The notes beneath the pieces are model-generated. The model was not told the origin of the DNA. It searched no databases and saw only the letters and a program-made list of their open reading frames with translations. Below are positions 5,985-7,037 of a stretch of DNA of 7,037 nucleotides, piece by piece. Source of the DNA: a virus (Monodnaviria; Loebvirae; Hofneiviricota; Faserviricetes; Tubulavirales; Inoviridae); IMG/VR virus record IMGVR_UViG_2645727717_000001; one strand, 5' to 3'. The translations under genes were made by a program, and so were the position numbers. The number at the start of each line of letters is the position of its first letter. The first letter of the stretch is position 1.

Positions 5985-7037
5985 TTAATGCCAGTTACTG
6001 GCATGTGAAATACGGTTGTAATCAAAAATAAAACCTTTCTCATAAACCCATGTAGGGATTTGGGCTGGTTTAGCTTCAAGTGTTCTTACTAATGGAACAA
6101 CATTATTTGAATCAGGGGATTCACAATAAAAATTAATATCTATCCCGAAAGACAATAATTCTTTTCGGTGCCTGTAAAATGTTGGCTTTGGAAGCATTTC
6201 TTTCATGTTTGCGCCCTGCTTCCACAGTAAATATGTTGATTGTATTTTTCTCGGCAGTTTAACTATTTTTTCATCGGTCAAAATGGCATTTTGATTCATT
6301 TCTATTCTCCCTACATATTCAGAGAATAATTTGTTTGGAGTATCGATATTCCAGTTACTGCCAAGCGTAAGGTTTAAGTCAATTAATTCTGTTGTTCTTA
6401 GCGTCAATTCAATTCGTAATTTATCTTTAGACCAGTCAAGTAAGCCAGCTTTAACAAACTCTTCTGCTATCTGGTGTCCTTTTTTACCAGAAATATGCTC
6501 ATCATATTTTGAATAAAATTTCAGGCTCCACCGCCGGGAGTTTTTCCCTAAGTAAACAGTTCCACCTTTACCACAGGCGCGACCATGGCGAGTTTTAGCC
6601 TTGAATTCTGCGGCATATAGCCATGCGCGGACATTTTCCAGCGTTGATAATGAATACATGTAGTTAATATCAATGCGTGAGATCTTAAATTGCCCTGCCA
6701 TTACCTGACGATAGGATGGTAGATCATGAGGAATATGAAGTAATGCCAATATTCTTGCGTAAGCGGTTAATACCAGCCCCTGCAAATCATCGGAGCCAAT
6801 AACAGAATGCCCCTGAAGAAATTTTGACGGATTTCCGTCAATATAAAGATGAGTTGCCCGGCCCTCCCCGTCTGATCCAACAGATCGTACTTTCATTGTG
6901 GATTCGTATGAACCGCGAACGGTCAACCGCTTTACTGTTTCCCACTCCACTGCACCGTCAGCATCAACGCTGACGACACTACCGGCCGGTAACGGTCGGT
7001 GTGTGCAAGGAAGAATTCCGGTAAACCAGTCGATCAT
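5985..7037 (-). CDS. II: Rolling-circle replication initiator, gII equivalent (350 aa), likely of the RstA / Phage_CRI type rather than Ff pII
   Basis: Large ORF upstream of the gV analog beginning MIDWFTGILP...; no collinear similarity to M13 pII beyond MID. The ATG is the last 3 nt of the window, so an upstream extension cannot be excluded. Family assignment is from memory of N-terminal motifs. Confidence 0.75.
   Translation of the reverse strand: MIDWFTGILPCTHRPLPAGSVVSVDADGAVEWETVKRLTVRGSYESTMKVRSVGSDGEGRATHLYIDGNPSKFLQGHSVIGSDDLQGLVLTAYARILALLHIPHDLPSYRQVMAGQFKISRIDINYMYSLSTLENVRAWLYAAEFKAKTRHGRACGKGGTVYLGKNSRRWSLKFYSKYDEHISGKKGHQIAEEFVKAGLLDWSKDKLRIELTLRTTELIDLNLTLGSNWNIDTPNKLFSEYVGRIEMNQNAILTDEKIVKLPRKIQSTYLLWKQGANMKEMLPKPTFYRHRKELLSFGIDINFYCESPDSNNVVPLVRTLEAKPAQIPTWVYEKGFIFDYNRISHASNWH

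Larger units (their letters stand above)
422..7037 (-). mobile_element. Filamentous inovirus prophage (Ff/IKe/I2-2-like), minimum visible extent; right end lies beyond the window
   Basis: Contiguous minus-strand gene set in canonical Ff order with overlapping stop/start codons. The left boundary at 422 is inferred from the dif junction and is not proven; 422..1200 could in principle be host DNA. Confidence 0.75.

Noticed and set aside
6331-6516. Plus-strand 61-aa ORF
   Set aside because: Antisense to the replication initiator gene; no independent support.
1-7037. Window as a free circular phage genome, or containing CRISPR, tRNA, rRNA or IS elements
   Set aside because: The AraC-type pseudogene and exact dif argue for chromosomal context. 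No repeat-spacer arrays, tRNA-like structures or transposase ORFs were seen.

Overview
Nearly the whole window is a filamentous (Ff/IKe/I2-2-like) inovirus genome on the minus strand: gII - gV analog - gVII - gIX - gVIII - gIII - gVI - gI(+gXI) - gIV, in the compact Ff gene order with overlapping start/stop codons. The structural and assembly proteins (pVIII, pIII C-terminus and TolA-binding domain, pVI, pI, pIV) are recognisably similar to M13/f1 proteins recalled from memory. The replication module (350-aa initiator starting MIDWFTG, 105-aa gV-position protein) does not resemble Ff pII/pV, so the genome is mosaic, as described for phage I2-2. The left ~420 bp looks chromosomal: a decayed AraC/XylS-family regulator pseudogene (1..~260) and an exact 28-bp E. 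coli dif site (394..421). The dif XerC arm faces the phage, which is the arrangement expected for a Xer-integrated element (IMEX), so this appears to be an Ff-like prophage sitting at dif. gIII is split across two reading frames by an apparent 1-nt deletion near 4698, so the prophage may be defective unless this is a sequencing error. The 780-bp stretch between dif and gIV holds hairpins, a palindrome and one small basic ORF of unknown function. All similarity statements are from reading the translations; no database search was run.
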